Counted from the stretch's first letter, positions 10,488 through 20,565 are shown. The stretch is 64,000 nucleotides of DNA from Candidatus Latescibacterota bacterium (GCA_965205485.1 OZ242180.1:864001-928000), one strand, 5' to 3'. Notes: a model not told the origin generated them from the sequence alone. Numbers and translations are program-made.

Positions 10488-12170
10488 ATGAACCTTCCCT
10501 TGTGCGTCGTAGCGGACCCGGATGGGCAGACGGCGCCGGACGGAACGCGGTATTACGGCGGGTTCTACATTCGGGAAATCCTCGCGCACGCGGGCATTCC
10601 CTTTGATGAGGTCGAACGTCCCCTGTCCGGCCTGGATGGCAGTCGCGTGGTAATGCTGCCGTGGCATATGCCGCTGTCAGAGTCGGAGCGGACGTTGCTT
10701 GCGGAATTCGTGAAGTCGGGCGGCGCGCTGATCGGCCTGGGAGGCATGTCCGGACTGGATGACATATTCGGCGCGGCGGACAGGGGCGAGATGGCGGACG
10801 GATACGTGCAGGTGGCGGCGAAGGACCACCCCGTCACCTCCGGGTTGAACAGCAGCCTGCACTGTTTCGGAGGGCGGCGCATCAAGGCCGCGGACGGTAC
10901 GGCGCTCGCGCGCGTGATGGGCGCCAGCGACGGGGTGGTGGAGCACCGCGCCGGGAATGGTCTGGCGCTCGCCGTGGGCCCGGACGTGGTCCGGTCCATC
11001 GTGCAGATCCAGCAGGGGCACCCCATTCCCCCCGCGGTCGGTCCCACCCGGATCGACGTGATCCAGGGGCTGGCGCTCGACCTGGACCGCGACAGGTCGC
11101 CCGTGCCCGGCGAGGAGGAAAACCTGGTCTTCCTGGAGCCTATAGCTGACGAGTTCCGGGAATTGATCATCAAGGCCGTTCTTTACGCGTGCCGGGAATG
11201 CGGCGTCGCGCTGCCCGTCCTCTGGTACTGGCCGGAGAATCTGCCCGCCATCGCGCACATGTCGCACGACTCGGACGGTGGAGACGAAGCGCTGGGATGG
11301 TCCCTGCTCCGTCTGACGCAGGAGGTGGACATCCGTACGACGTGGTGCAACATGGCGGGACACTACCAGCCGGCATTCTACCGCGCCATCCAGAACTACG
11401 GCTCGGAGGTGGCCCTGCACTACGACGCCCAGACCTGGCAGACGGCGTCGGACGATCAGAAGCCGGACACCGCCCATCTGAAGTGGGGATATGAAGAATT
11501 GGCGGGGCAACTGAATACGGTCACGGAAGCGGCGGGACGTCCGGTCACTACGAACAAAAACCATACGCTGCGCTGGCAGGGCCGGCTGGAGTTCTTCCGC
11601 TGGTGCGAACGTCTTGGTATCACCCTGGAGCAGAGCCGCGGTCCGAATACGCCATATACCAACGGCTTTCCCTTCGGGGGCACCCACCCCTGGTTCCCGA
11701 TTGACGACGAAGCGCCCGGCGGTCCGCCGATCGACGTGCTGGAAGTGAACCTCACCGTGCAGGATATCCACAAGCGGTGCTCAACCCGCCTGGCCCACTG
11801 CTTCGCGGACCGGGCGTTCCAGCATCACGGCATCGCGCACTTTCTCTTTCACCCCGCCCACGTCGGGGATCCGGCGGTTCGAGGCGGGCTCAGGGAAATC
11901 GTCGGATACACGAGGGACAAGGGGATGCCCTGGTGGACCGCGGCCCGGATCGACACGTGGGAGCGCGCGCGGCGCACGGTGCGCTTCGGACTGCGCGATA
12001 ACGGCGCGTACGAGGTCTCCTCGGACGCCGACCTGAAAGGCGCGACTGTGCTGCTGCTTGACGTAGAAGGCGACACGCCCGGGAACGTGGTGGAGCGATA
12101 CGGCTTCCCGTTCCGCGCCGTTACGATGGACCTGGAACCGGGGACCAGCGTGGAACTGCCGGGGGGATGA
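10488..12170 (+). CDS. Hypothetical protein: GATase-like/trimerisation-like N-terminus plus polysaccharide-deacetylase-like domain
   Basis: EFVKSGGALIG; SHDSD, EVALHYD, NHTLRW, FHP metal-binding-like motifs. Confidence 0.55.
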   Translation: MNLPLCVVADPDGQTAPDGTRYYGGFYIREILAHAGIPFDEVERPLSGLDGSRVVMLPWHMPLSESERTLLAEFVKSGGALIGLGGMSGLDDIFGAADRGEMADGYVQVAAKDHPVTSGLNSSLHCFGGRRIKAADGTALARVMGASDGVVEHRAGNGLALAVGPDVVRSIVQIQQGHPIPPAVGPTRIDVIQGLALDLDRDRSPVPGEEENLVFLEPIADEFRELIIKAVLYACRECGVALPVLWYWPENLPAIAHMSHDSDGGDEALGWSLLRLTQEVDIRTTWCNMAGHYQPAFYRAIQNYGSEVALHYDAQTWQTASDDQKPDTAHLKWGYEELAGQLNTVTEAAGRPVTTNKNHTLRWQGRLEFFRWCERLGITLEQSRGPNTPYTNGFPFGGTHPWFPIDDEAPGGPPIDVLEVNLTVQDIHKRCSTRLAHCFADRAFQHHGIAHFLFHPAHVGDPAVRGGLREIVGYTRDKGMPWWTAARIDTWERARRTVRFGLRDNGAYEVSSDADLKGATVLLLDVEGDTPGNVVERYGFPFRAVTMDLEPGTSVELPGG

Positions 12171-12339
12171 ATACCGGCTGATGATTGGTCAACAGGTGAA
12201 TCGGCTTCGGAAAACGGGTCCGTACCCCGGTTACGGCTTGACTCGCTAGGTGAGATCCGGTACCTTGTACTTGTAGGCAAGGGGATAAGACCCGCATCGA
12301 GTAAATGCGACGGGGTTCATATGACCGGGGAGGTTTGCC

Positions 12340-12855
12340 ATGGTCAGTGATGCGACTCGAAGGATGGCCTGGAACGAATATCTGGACGTGGAGCGGGCAG
12401 CCAGATATTACGATAAACTTTCCCGCCAGTATCGCAGGCGGCACAATGCAGTCATGGTTGGTCTTGCCCTGTGCGCAATAGCAGGAGCCGGCCGCTTTAT
12501 GTTTTCGGACTACATAGGTCAGCTCGCGGAAGTCATCGTCGATTTAGGCATTATCGCTGTCAGTGTGTTCGGTCTACTCGGGAATCATGCGAGAAAATCC
12601 GCCAGTCTTCATGCGGTAAGCGTGATGTGTTTTGACTTGCAGGACAAACACAAAGCGTTGTGGTCGAAGATAGAAAACAACGTAATAGGTAACGACGAGG
12701 CCTACAACATACTGATGGATCTTATCGAGGCTGGCGAGAGGGCAACAAGCATTCCGGGTTGGGCTGATATTTCGGTGAATGACAAATTGAACAGACAGAG
12801 TCAAAAGGAAGCTGATGATTCACTTGTCGATCAATATTCGATAAGGGAGGCATGA
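12340..12855 (+). CDS. 2TM protein resembling the SLATT effector domain
   Basis: N-terminal helix with W/YY..L...Y, two hydrophobic segments, then NHARKSASLH..LW helix; RBS GGAGG; composition visibly more AT-rich than its neighbours. Confidence 0.6.
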   Translation: MVSDATRRMAWNEYLDVERAARYYDKLSRQYRRRHNAVMVGLALCAIAGAGRFMFSDYIGQLAEVIVDLGIIAVSVFGLLGNHARKSASLHAVSVMCFDLQDKHKALWSKIENNVIGNDEAYNILMDLIEAGERATSIPGWADISVNDKLNRQSQKEADDSLVDQYSIREA

Positions 12856-13001
12856 TGGCAGGAAGGGGCACCGAAGAAAGGGCCATAAGGCCGCCGCGCA
12901 ATCCCGATCGCCCCAGACCCGCACCGCCTCCCAGGCCTGAAACAACCCCACAAGTTCCACCCAGGCCGCAATCACCGCCAGCGCCAAGAGAAGACAGATA
13001 A
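12852..13001 (+). CDS. Small proline/arginine-rich peptide (49 aa), translationally coupled to the 2TM gene
   Basis: GGAGG RBS, ATGA overlap, MMAGRGTEERAIRPPRNPDRPRPAPPPRPETTPQVPPRPQSPPAPREDR*, followed directly by a terminator. Confidence 0.6.
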   Translation: MMAGRGTEERAIRPPRNPDRPRPAPPPRPETTPQVPPRPQSPPAPREDR

Positions 13002-13007
13002 AACAGT

Positions 13008-13034
13008 AGCCGAGGTTTTCACCTCGGCTTTTTT
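13008..13034 (+). terminator. Intrinsic terminator
   Basis: AGCCGAGGT-TTTC-ACCTCGGCT followed by TTTTT. Confidence 0.85.
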
Positions 13035-13114
13035 GTGACCGTCCCAATCTCCGATGTGTCCGCGCACAAGTTCACTTACAAAGGGCATGTTATACACGTA
13101 CAATCGAGAATACG

Positions 13115-13302
13115 GGAGATTCTTCGCTGCGCTGTAATTGATATATTTCGCGATAACTATTGGCGAAACGCTGAACACACACCTTCGCAGAACATGTCAT
13201 CCTGAGGAGGCCAGCGCGCTCAGAATGACATGTTTTGCGATTGTCATGTACGTGGCTTCCCGCTGTCATCCAGACGTGGCTTCCGAGCCGACGAAGAATC
13301 TA
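13115..13302. repeat. Degenerate TGTCATCCTGAG...CTCAGAATGACA / GAGATTCTTCGCTGCGCT REP-like cluster
   Basis: Inverted arms at about 13195-13230; related fragments at about 13115 and 13264-13301. Confidence 0.55.
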
Positions 13303-13385
13303 CTGCAGCATCGGATCATCCCCGTGCGATTTTCGCGTGTCGATACCTGAGAGGCAGGACGTCGGCCCTCCAATTGGCCCCATGA

Positions 13386-14162
13386 TCAGATCCGAATGAC
13401 CGTGTTCCTGCAGTTCAGCCTGACGGACCTGGCGTAGTGCCAGACGCTGATGTCATCGGTCAGCGCCGTCGGTACCCTCACGAGAAACTCGATCCGGTCC
13501 GGAGAGTTGAACGCCGAAAACGCGAGTTCCATCCCTTCGATCAGTTCGTCGGGCTCCCGGCCCAGGTCCGGGAAAAGCAGCGGCCCGGTGTCGGTCTGGA
13601 AGAACCCGTCCCGCTCGTTCGTGTTGATTGTCCGGATGGGATAGTCAATGGTAGCTGCATACCGATCGTCTGCGTATTCGGTGCGGGCGACGAGTTGTCT
13701 GTTGTCGGACACCGCCCGGAAGACGTCTTCGGCATTGCCCAGCACCCGTCCCTGCTTCCATGCGATATCGATGCGTACGTCCACGAACGTCTCCGCGGAC
13801 AGGCCGGTCTGTCGTTCCGGTTGATCGCCGAGCGAGGGAGGGTACGCCGGTACTCGCCGTCCGACGCGGTCGTAGGTCTTGATAATGAGGAAGCGGTCAT
13901 GCGTGAAGATGGGTACGAAATCCGCGTTGGGGCTCGTCCAGATATCCTTCGGCACACCGACGCGTTCCGTCTTGCAGTTGGCCCCGAGGACGAATTCCCG
14001 CGACGCTCCCGACGCCTTTTCCGTGACTCGGCACCGGCTTTCGATCGGGATCCGGACGTCGTTCAGCGTCCAGGGTGGTCTGTGCGAAGCGGTTCTGGGA
14101 GGAAGGACGTCCCAGTCCGTTCGCCAGCCGAGGTAGGAGTTGTGGAAGTCGATGGCCTGCAT
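13386..14162 (-). CDS. Conserved hypothetical protein
   Basis: Coding-like frame MQAIDFHNSY...CKTE...FQTDTGP; RBS GGAGAA. Confidence 0.65.
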   Translation of the reverse strand: MQAIDFHNSYLGWRTDWDVLPPRTASHRPPWTLNDVRIPIESRCRVTEKASGASREFVLGANCKTERVGVPKDIWTSPNADFVPIFTHDRFLIIKTYDRVGRRVPAYPPSLGDQPERQTGLSAETFVDVRIDIAWKQGRVLGNAEDVFRAVSDNRQLVARTEYADDRYAATIDYPIRTINTNERDGFFQTDTGPLLFPDLGREPDELIEGMELAFSAFNSPDRIEFLVRVPTALTDDISVWHYARSVRLNCRNTVIRI

Positions 14163-14246
14163 GCGTGCATTCTCCGTTCCATTGTGCGGTTTAACCACAA
14201 TTTAAAAAAAGGACAACGGTCAAATTGAACACAAAAGCCTGAATGT

Positions 14247-14381
14247 GGTAAGAGGGTAGAGGGTAGAGAAGAGTCACGGTAGAAGAAGCCCTTGCCCAAT
14301 GTGTTATTCCTCCTTGCCCTTGGCGGGAAGGGAGTCCTCACAAGGCGAGTAATCTCTCCTCTCTCACGTCTTCCGTCTCCC
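14247..14381 (+). repeat. ~130-bp dispersed structured repeat, copy A (most diverged)
   Basis: Core ACGGTAGAAGA..GCCC..ATG..TTCCTCCTTGCC...CACAAGGC..ATCTCTCC flanked by heptamer arms. Confidence 0.8.
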
Positions 14382-14446
14382 TGCTTCCGGGGCGCCGGGG
14401 GGAGAGGTCACAGGCGGAATCGCAATCGGACCGGCCGGCGCGGCCG

Positions 14447-15277
14447 CTACGGGAGAATTCCTTCCTCGCGCAAAAAGCGTTCGACCTCCGCCCAAAAGGC
14501 CTGCCAGTCGGGAGGGCAGTTGTTGTGACCGGCCTCGTAGGTAATGAGACGGCCGCGCCGGGACGCCTCACGCAGCGCGACGCCGTGGCTGAACGGGATC
14601 AGGGAATCCCTTGTGCCATGCGCGATGAGTACGGGCCCGGGATAGTTCCTCAGTGTCTTCAGATTGTTGAAAGGATCGCGGGCGAAGAACGGGGGGACGA
14701 AGAATTTCTCCGCGGCCATGGCATTGACGCTCTTGAAGGTGGAAATCAATACCAGCGCGGCGGGCGGGCGTTCGGCCGCGAGCGCGCACACCACGCCACC
14801 GCCGAGCGAGCGACCCAGGAATACGGTCCGGTCCGCGTCTACGTCTTCCCGGACCGCCAGCATGTCGTGCGCGGCCACGAAGGTTTCGGTGACGCTGGCC
14901 TGGGTCGGCGAGCCCTCGGACCGTCCGTATCCGGGGAATTCGACGAGAAGGACGGCGAATCCCACGCGCCTGAGCGCCGCCATTTCGCCGACCCAATGGT
15001 CGATGAGTTCGGCGTTGCCGTGAGCGACGATGACCGCCGGAGCGGGGCCTGCGCCGGTTTCGGGCGGAAGCAGCCAGGTTTCCGTTCGTCCGGCGCGCGA
15101 TTTCAACCAGATGCGTTCGATTCCCATTGTGTCCGTCGCGTCGGCCGGCGGCGTCCGGACCAGGTGGCGCGGAAATATGACGCGGCGTTGCATCAGGAAC
15201 AGGATGGTGCAATAGAAAATATAGAGCGCCAGGCCGCCGAGGAGGATCCGGATCAGGATGTGGAGTTTGGAGTCCAT
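14447..15277 (-). CDS. Alpha/beta hydrolase (BEM46/ABHD13-like, N-terminal membrane anchor)
   Basis: HGNAE, PGYGRSEG, GRSLGGG, HGTRD, GHN. Confidence 0.9.
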   Translation of the reverse strand: MDSKLHILIRILLGGLALYIFYCTILFLMQRRVIFPRHLVRTPPADATDTMGIERIWLKSRAGRTETWLLPPETGAGPAPAVIVAHGNAELIDHWVGEMAALRRVGFAVLLVEFPGYGRSEGSPTQASVTETFVAAHDMLAVREDVDADRTVFLGRSLGGGVVCALAAERPPAALVLISTFKSVNAMAAEKFFVPPFFARDPFNNLKTLRNYPGPVLIAHGTRDSLIPFSHGVALREASRRGRLITYEAGHNNCPPDWQAFWAEVERFLREEGILP

Positions 15278-15292
15278 ATTGGGAAAAAGGCG

Positions 15293-15325
15293 AAAAAGGC
15301 CCCGGTGGAAAATTCACCGGGGCTT
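15293..15325 (-). terminator. Intrinsic terminator after the PhyH gene
   Basis: GCCCCGGTG-loop-CACCGGGGC followed by CTTTTT on the minus strand. Confidence 0.75.
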
Positions 15326-15356
15326 ATTCGATGGAGCATGGGAATCTGTGGGAGCG

Positions 15357-16223
15357 TCAGCAGGTAACGTCCTTGCCCTCACTGCCGAATACGGCCAGGC
15401 GTTCCTGTGACGTGGTTTCTTTCACCCGTGCAGGGAAATAGTGGAATTGAAGGGCACGGCGCCGCTGTGGCGTGGTGTTGGCGGGGGTGCCGTGATGGAT
15501 CAGCCCGGACCAGATGAGGCAGCCGCCGGGTTCGAGCGGGACCGCCACGACGCGGTCTCTGACCACGTGCGTATCGCACAACTGCCAGTCGCGGCGCTTG
15601 AAATGGACCACGGGACCCCGCAGGTGCGTACCGGGTATCACCCTCATGCAGCCGTTTTCGGGCGTGGCGTGATCCAGTGAAATCCACATGCTTACAATCT
15701 GCGTACCCATGGGCAGATTGAAATAGGCGTGGTCCTGGTGCCAGGGTTTCTCACGTCCGACCAGCGGCGGTTTGAGGATGGCCTGGTGGGAATAGAGCGC
15801 CGGTTCCTCGCCGATGATCCGCCCCATGATGTCCATGATCTTCGGGTGTTCGGCCACAGCGGTCAGGCGGTGATCGTAGCCCATGAAGTACTGGAGCTTG
15901 CGCACGGCGTCCCACCGTTCGTCGTCCGAAAGCGTGTCCAGGGTGTCCTTGTAGCTGACCTCGAACTGAACGCCTTTGAACTCCGGATTCTTCCCCTTGA
16001 TGAGATCCATGAGGCCGTCGAGCATGCCGTCGACCTCGGCGCTGGTGAACGCGTTCCTGACGGCCAGATAGCCGTTCCGATGAAAGAAATCCACGTCCGC
16101 ATCGGTGGCGGCTTCAAGACTTTCGATTCCTTCGTCGATTTCGTGGTATTCGTAGAGGTCCGCGGTGTAGCCTCCGTCGTCGACGTAATTGTCGAAGGCC
16201 ACCCGTTCACGGGTCTGTTCCAT
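15357..16223 (-). CDS. Phytanoyl-CoA dioxygenase (PhyH) family Fe/2OG dioxygenase
   Basis: KPWHQD, WISLDHATPENGCMRVIPGTH, HHGTPAN..RRA; RBS AGGAGA. Confidence 0.9.
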   Translation of the reverse strand: MEQTRERVAFDNYVDDGGYTADLYEYHEIDEGIESLEAATDADVDFFHRNGYLAVRNAFTSAEVDGMLDGLMDLIKGKNPEFKGVQFEVSYKDTLDTLSDDERWDAVRKLQYFMGYDHRLTAVAEHPKIMDIMGRIIGEEPALYSHQAILKPPLVGREKPWHQDHAYFNLPMGTQIVSMWISLDHATPENGCMRVIPGTHLRGPVVHFKRRDWQLCDTHVVRDRVVAVPLEPGGCLIWSGLIHHGTPANTTPQRRRALQFHYFPARVKETTSQERLAVFGSEGKDVTC

Positions 16224-16423
16224 TGGTGTATCTCCTGGTGTCCTGCCCGGAAAAAACCTGACCGCTCTCTTGCCGATTCGTTCCATATCGCGTTATTCAA
16301 ACCTAAACCAGGCGCGCATTTCTGTCAACCCAAAACGGGATCACAGGGTAACCTCTTGCAATATCCCGTCCGTGACCTTATCTTCCCGAAACGCGGTGAG
16401 AGGGGAGACGTAAGAAGAAATGC

Positions 16424-16550
16424 GGGGAGACGGGAGACGTAAGACGGTAGAAGAAATCATCGCCCGGAATGTAATTCCTCCTTGCCTCCGGCACGAGAAG
16501 AATCCTTACAAGGCTGGAAATCTCTCCCGTCTCACGTCTTGCGTCTCACC
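16424..16550 (+). repeat. ~130-bp dispersed structured repeat, copy B (extra heptamer arms extend over about 16396-16604)
   Basis: GGGAGACGGGAGACGTAAGACGGTAGAAG...CCTTGCCTCCGGCACGAGAAGAA...CAAGGC...GTCTCACGTCTTGCGTCTCACC. Confidence 0.85.
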
Positions 16551-16622
16551 AGGTGGTAGGTCGGGGTGTGGTCCTCTCCCCTCTTACGTCTCACGTCTTA
16601 CGCCTTTTTTGGAGGTTTCGAA

Positions 16623-17510
16623 ATGGAAACGCGCACGCTTGGCAGGACGGACATGGAGGTGACCCGCCTGGGGTTCGGCGGCGCCAGGATCGGACTTGAA
16701 GACGTGGACCCTGAGCGGGTCGGGCGATTGCTGAACCGCGTGCTGGACGACGGGATCACGCTGATCGACACGGCGGCCTGCTATCACAACAGCGAGGAAC
16801 TGATTGGCCGGTACATCGGCGATCGGCGGGACGAATACGTGCTGGCAACCAAATGCGGCCACGTGACAGGCGACGCAACCGGAGAGCCGTGGTCGGGTGA
16901 GGTGATCGACGAAAGCATCGACCGGTCGCTGAAACGGCTGAGGACGGACTACGTGGACCTTGTCCAGCTTCACACGTGTTCGGCCGACGTACTCAGGACG
17001 GGGGAGGCTGTTGACGCTGTGATGAGGGCGAAGGACGCGGGCAAGACGCGGTACGTGGGGTACAGCGGCGACGGGGAGGACGCGCTGGTAGCCATCCGGA
17101 TGGGGGTATTCAGCACGCTGCAGACCTCGTTCAACCTGGTGGACCAGAAAGGACGCGCCGACGTATTGCCGGAGGCGCAGGAGGCGGGGATGGGCGTGAT
17201 CGTCAAACGCCCGATCGCCAACGGAGCGATCGGCAAGTCCGCGTCGCCGTACGGTTACGCCGATGCGTACTGGGAGCGGGCGCAGCAACTCGAAATTCCG
17301 GATGGGGCCCCGGAAGATCCCATCGAGCTATCGCTTCGTTTTACGCTCTCGCAGGAGGCTGTCGACACGGCTATCGTGGGGACCACGAATCCGGACCACG
17401 CACGGAATAACCTGGCGCTGACGACGAGAGGACCTCTTGCAGACCCTGTACTGGAGGCGTTCTACGGGCAGTTCGATGCGCTGGGAGCGGAGTGGAACTC
17501 GTTGACGTGA
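16623..17510 (+). CDS. Aldo/keto reductase
   Basis: IDTAACYHNSEELIG, LATKCG, SLKRLRTDYVDLVQLH. Confidence 0.9.
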   Translation: METRTLGRTDMEVTRLGFGGARIGLEDVDPERVGRLLNRVLDDGITLIDTAACYHNSEELIGRYIGDRRDEYVLATKCGHVTGDATGEPWSGEVIDESIDRSLKRLRTDYVDLVQLHTCSADVLRTGEAVDAVMRAKDAGKTRYVGYSGDGEDALVAIRMGVFSTLQTSFNLVDQKGRADVLPEAQEAGMGVIVKRPIANGAIGKSASPYGYADAYWERAQQLEIPDGAPEDPIELSLRFTLSQEAVDTAIVGTTNPDHARNNLALTTRGPLADPVLEAFYGQFDALGAEWNSLT

Positions 17511-17550
17511 ACCGTGCGCGGCTCGCCGCTTCGTGATTTCCAACTGTCCC

Positions 17551-18390
17551 CTACCGGCGTTCCCACCGGCTGGGGTTGAGTCCCGGCGCTTCGCTGGCCA
17601 TACCGGCCGGTTTGTTGCCGCCGTGGAAGTTCCAGTGGCGGGTGTTGGGATCGGCGAACAGCGGGCGCACATTGTCGGGCAGGGCGGCGAGGTCGGCCTC
17701 GTCCCACGCGGGGACTTCGTCGATGGGCCCCGCCCATGCGGGGCGGTAGGCGATGGCGAGCATTTCGCGTGCGTGGGCGCCGGTGTTCGGGAAGTTCCCG
17801 TGAAAGACCTTGTGGTTGATCAGAACGGCGCCGCCGGATTCAACGGGGACCATCACCTGTTCGGGATGGTCCTCGTAGCGTTTGTACGGGTTGGCGTCCG
17901 CGTGCATGGACAGATGGGAACGGGGTATTACGCGGAACGGCGAGACATCCCGCGTGAGGTCGTCCAGGTAATAGAGCACCCTCACCATGAACGGTACGCT
18001 GCCGCCGTAGCCGAAGATCTGTGAACCGTAGGGCTGCCCGTCGGTATGGAGACTGATGCCGGGATGGCCGGGCTCCGAGCGCGCGTAAGTGCATGACATG
18101 AAGATGGTCGCGCCGCCGAAGAGTTCGTTCAGGAAGACGAGGGTGGGAGGATGTGCGATGAGTTCGGTGATGGGACCGCCGGTGAACTGCAGGTTCGGAC
18201 AGACCTGCTGGTGTACGCTATAGTCCACCGCGCGGGTCTCCAGCCTGGCGGTCTCCGCCTTGAGCCGGGCAACGTGTCCTGGCGCAAGCAGATCCGGCAG
18301 GACCACGTATCCGTCGAGTTCGATCTGGCGAATGCGTTCGCCCAGCGTGAGTTTAGACCAGTCCCGCTCGTCGACGCGGACGGAATCCAT
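17551..18390 (-). CDS. PhyH-family dioxygenase
   Basis: DGYVVLPDLL, LHTDG, YLDD..FRVIPRSH, FHGNFPN. Confidence 0.8.
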   Translation of the reverse strand: MDSVRVDERDWSKLTLGERIRQIELDGYVVLPDLLAPGHVARLKAETARLETRAVDYSVHQQVCPNLQFTGGPITELIAHPPTLVFLNELFGGATIFMSCTYARSEPGHPGISLHTDGQPYGSQIFGYGGSVPFMVRVLYYLDDLTRDVSPFRVIPRSHLSMHADANPYKRYEDHPEQVMVPVESGGAVLINHKVFHGNFPNTGAHAREMLAIAYRPAWAGPIDEVPAWDEADLAALPDNVRPLFADPNTRHWNFHGGNKPAGMASEAPGLNPSRWERR

Positions 18391-18480
18391 GCCTCACCCC
18401 TCAGTTCGGATTGGAATCCAAGGCGACATATGCGGCCGTATCCTCCCCTGGCGCGAGACGGATTTCGGACCGCATGAGGA

Positions 18481-19548
18481 TCAGACCCGGTACTTCTCGA
18501 CCTTGGATTCGTCGACTTCCACGCCGAGACCGGGCCCGAGGGGAACCTTCAACTGTCCGTTTTCGAACCTGAACGGTTCGGCGAGAACGTCGTCGACCAA
18601 CCCGTGGTAGCACGTGTCGTTGGGCCCCGAGAAGTTGGGCGTGGCGGCGGCGATATGGGTGATCGCGGCGGTCTTGAGGCCCAGGTCGTGCGAACAGTGC
18701 ATCAGGCACGGGACATCCCACGGCTCCGCCGCGTCAGCGATTTTCCTGACGCGAAGGAGCGCGCCTGCGGCGGGGGTATCCGGCATTAGAGAGTCGGCGC
18801 ATCCTGCCTCGAGAAAGGGCCGGATGCTGCCGGGCAGGGCCACGCCGCCGTTCACGAGGATGTGAGTGCCCACTTCGGCCCTCACCCGTGCGAGCGTTTC
18901 CACGTGTTCCGTGTCGCACGGGTCTTCGAAGTGCCTGACGCCGAGGTCGGCCATTTTCTTCATGATCTCCAGCGTCTCTCCCGGGGGATATCCGCCGTTC
19001 GCGTCCGGCCGAAATGCGGCTTCGTCTCCGATCTCCTTACACGCTGCTTCGGCAATGGCCAGATCCTGCACGGGGTTGTTGCCGGCTTTCGTCTTGATGA
19101 CGCGGAACCCCCACCGGTCGATGTATTCACGGGCCGTGGCGGCCGACTCTTCGGGTTCCTTCAGGCCCATGCACGCCGTGAAGTCGACCTCCGTACGAAC
19201 GATGCCCCCCATAAGGCGGCAGAGGGGCAGCCCCGCGTGCTTTCCGAGGAGGTCCCAGAGCGCCATTTCTATGCCGGACATCGGGCCCCTCGGGATGCCT
19301 GCACTATCCATCAGGCCGATTGCCTTTTCGATGTCGGATACGTGGGCGCCGGACAGGATGGCGTTCGGATCAGTTGCGAAGCCGCCCGTGCCCTCGCCCC
19401 ATCCCACGAGACCGGAGTCGCTTTCGATCCTGACGATGAGCCCGGTGCCGCCGAGCGTGCCGCCTCCGGCGCCGCGACCGACGTACGGCCCGACGGGCGC
19501 GGCGTAGGGGATGCTGACGCTGGTTGCCGTGATATTCTTAATGATCAT
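18481..19548 (-). CDS. Mandelate racemase/muconate lactonizing enzyme (enolase superfamily)
   Basis: SGLVGWGE, GIEMALWDLLGK, KTKAG, DAN, EDP, PLGPGLGVEVD. Confidence 0.9.
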   Translation of the reverse strand: MIIKNITATSVSIPYAAPVGPYVGRGAGGGTLGGTGLIVRIESDSGLVGWGEGTGGFATDPNAILSGAHVSDIEKAIGLMDSAGIPRGPMSGIEMALWDLLGKHAGLPLCRLMGGIVRTEVDFTACMGLKEPEESAATAREYIDRWGFRVIKTKAGNNPVQDLAIAEAACKEIGDEAAFRPDANGGYPPGETLEIMKKMADLGVRHFEDPCDTEHVETLARVRAEVGTHILVNGGVALPGSIRPFLEAGCADSLMPDTPAAGALLRVRKIADAAEPWDVPCLMHCSHDLGLKTAAITHIAAATPNFSGPNDTCYHGLVDDVLAEPFRFENGQLKVPLGPGLGVEVDESKVEKYRV

Positions 19549-19705
19549 CGTTCCGTTCCTCTTCGACGGGGACGCACGGTTCCAGGGTGCGTGAAACGGA
19601 CTGACGTCTGAATGTGAGGATCACAAAGAAACCTCAACAGTCCGTTGGAAAAATTGCTCTGCAGGCGCGGCCTAAGACAAGGCGCGCAACCCAGGATGCA
19701 GGCCG

Positions 19706-20143
19706 TCACTCGGTCGTCGTGCAGCTCGCGGCGATGTGTCCCTTGATTTTGCCCGTCATCTCTTCCGCGGGGTTCTTCCGGGTCAGGGTCTCCACGACCG
19801 ATTTCTTCTCGGGATCGATGAGCAGAACCAGGCCCGTCTTGTTGTTGGCCTTGAACGGCTCCTCGAACCCGAGCGCGGCGGCCAGAAGGCGGGACTGGGC
19901 GGTGCGTTTCGCGTCGGTCACGTCGAGCTCGAGAAAGAGGACGGGCTTGTCCGCAAGAGACGTACGGACCTCGTCGAGGACGGGAATCAGCGCCGTGCAG
20001 GCGCCGCACCAGTCGGCGTGTACCTTCACGACATACAGGGCAGGATCGCCATCGCCCGGCACCTCCACGGCGCCCGCGAGGCTGGATCCGGCTATCAGAA
20101 AGAACGAAAGGGCTGCGAGGGAAAGCGTGTTTCGGATGCGCAT
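19706..20143 (-). CDS. Secreted thioredoxin-like protein
   Basis: Signal peptide, then HADWCGAC; RBS AAAGGAG before ATG 20143. Confidence 0.85.
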   Translation of the reverse strand: MRIRNTLSLAALSFFLIAGSSLAGAVEVPGDGDPALYVVKVHADWCGACTALIPVLDEVRTSLADKPVLFLELDVTDAKRTAQSRLLAAALGFEEPFKANNKTGLVLLIDPEKKSVVETLTRKNPAEEMTGKIKGHIAASCTTTE

Positions 20144-20565
20144 GGAACAACTCCTTTGAAACGGCATGAAATAGGACCAGGCCGGCGGCGGCCCGATGAT
20201 GGGCGCCCCGCCCTGCCTGGACGGGCTTCGGAATGGACGCATTGCCGCTGCTCCGGTCCCCCTCATTGGGGACGAAAGGGTCAGCAGATATTTGCGCCGG
20301 ACGGCCCGGCGTCTGCCGGGTTGCATTCCGAACAGTCGACAGGTCACCGCGACTGATGCCATATATACGACGGTTAAGGGCCGCGGGTTCCCTGAAACCA
20401 CGGAAGAACGTCAGACGTCAATGTCGCATGCGCAATTCGTCGCGGAACGAACGCACGTTTGATATTGTCGTAGCCGATGTTATATTGATCGGTGTTCTGA
20501 CTTGCGAACCAATTCGTTTACGATTACCATCCTCACGATCTTCGACAATCGGGGAGTGAAGAAAC

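Noticed and set aside
20265..20290. GGGACGAAAG resembling a c-di-GMP-I riboswitch
   Set aside because: Lacks the GCAAAC/GNRA P2 stem and receptor elements
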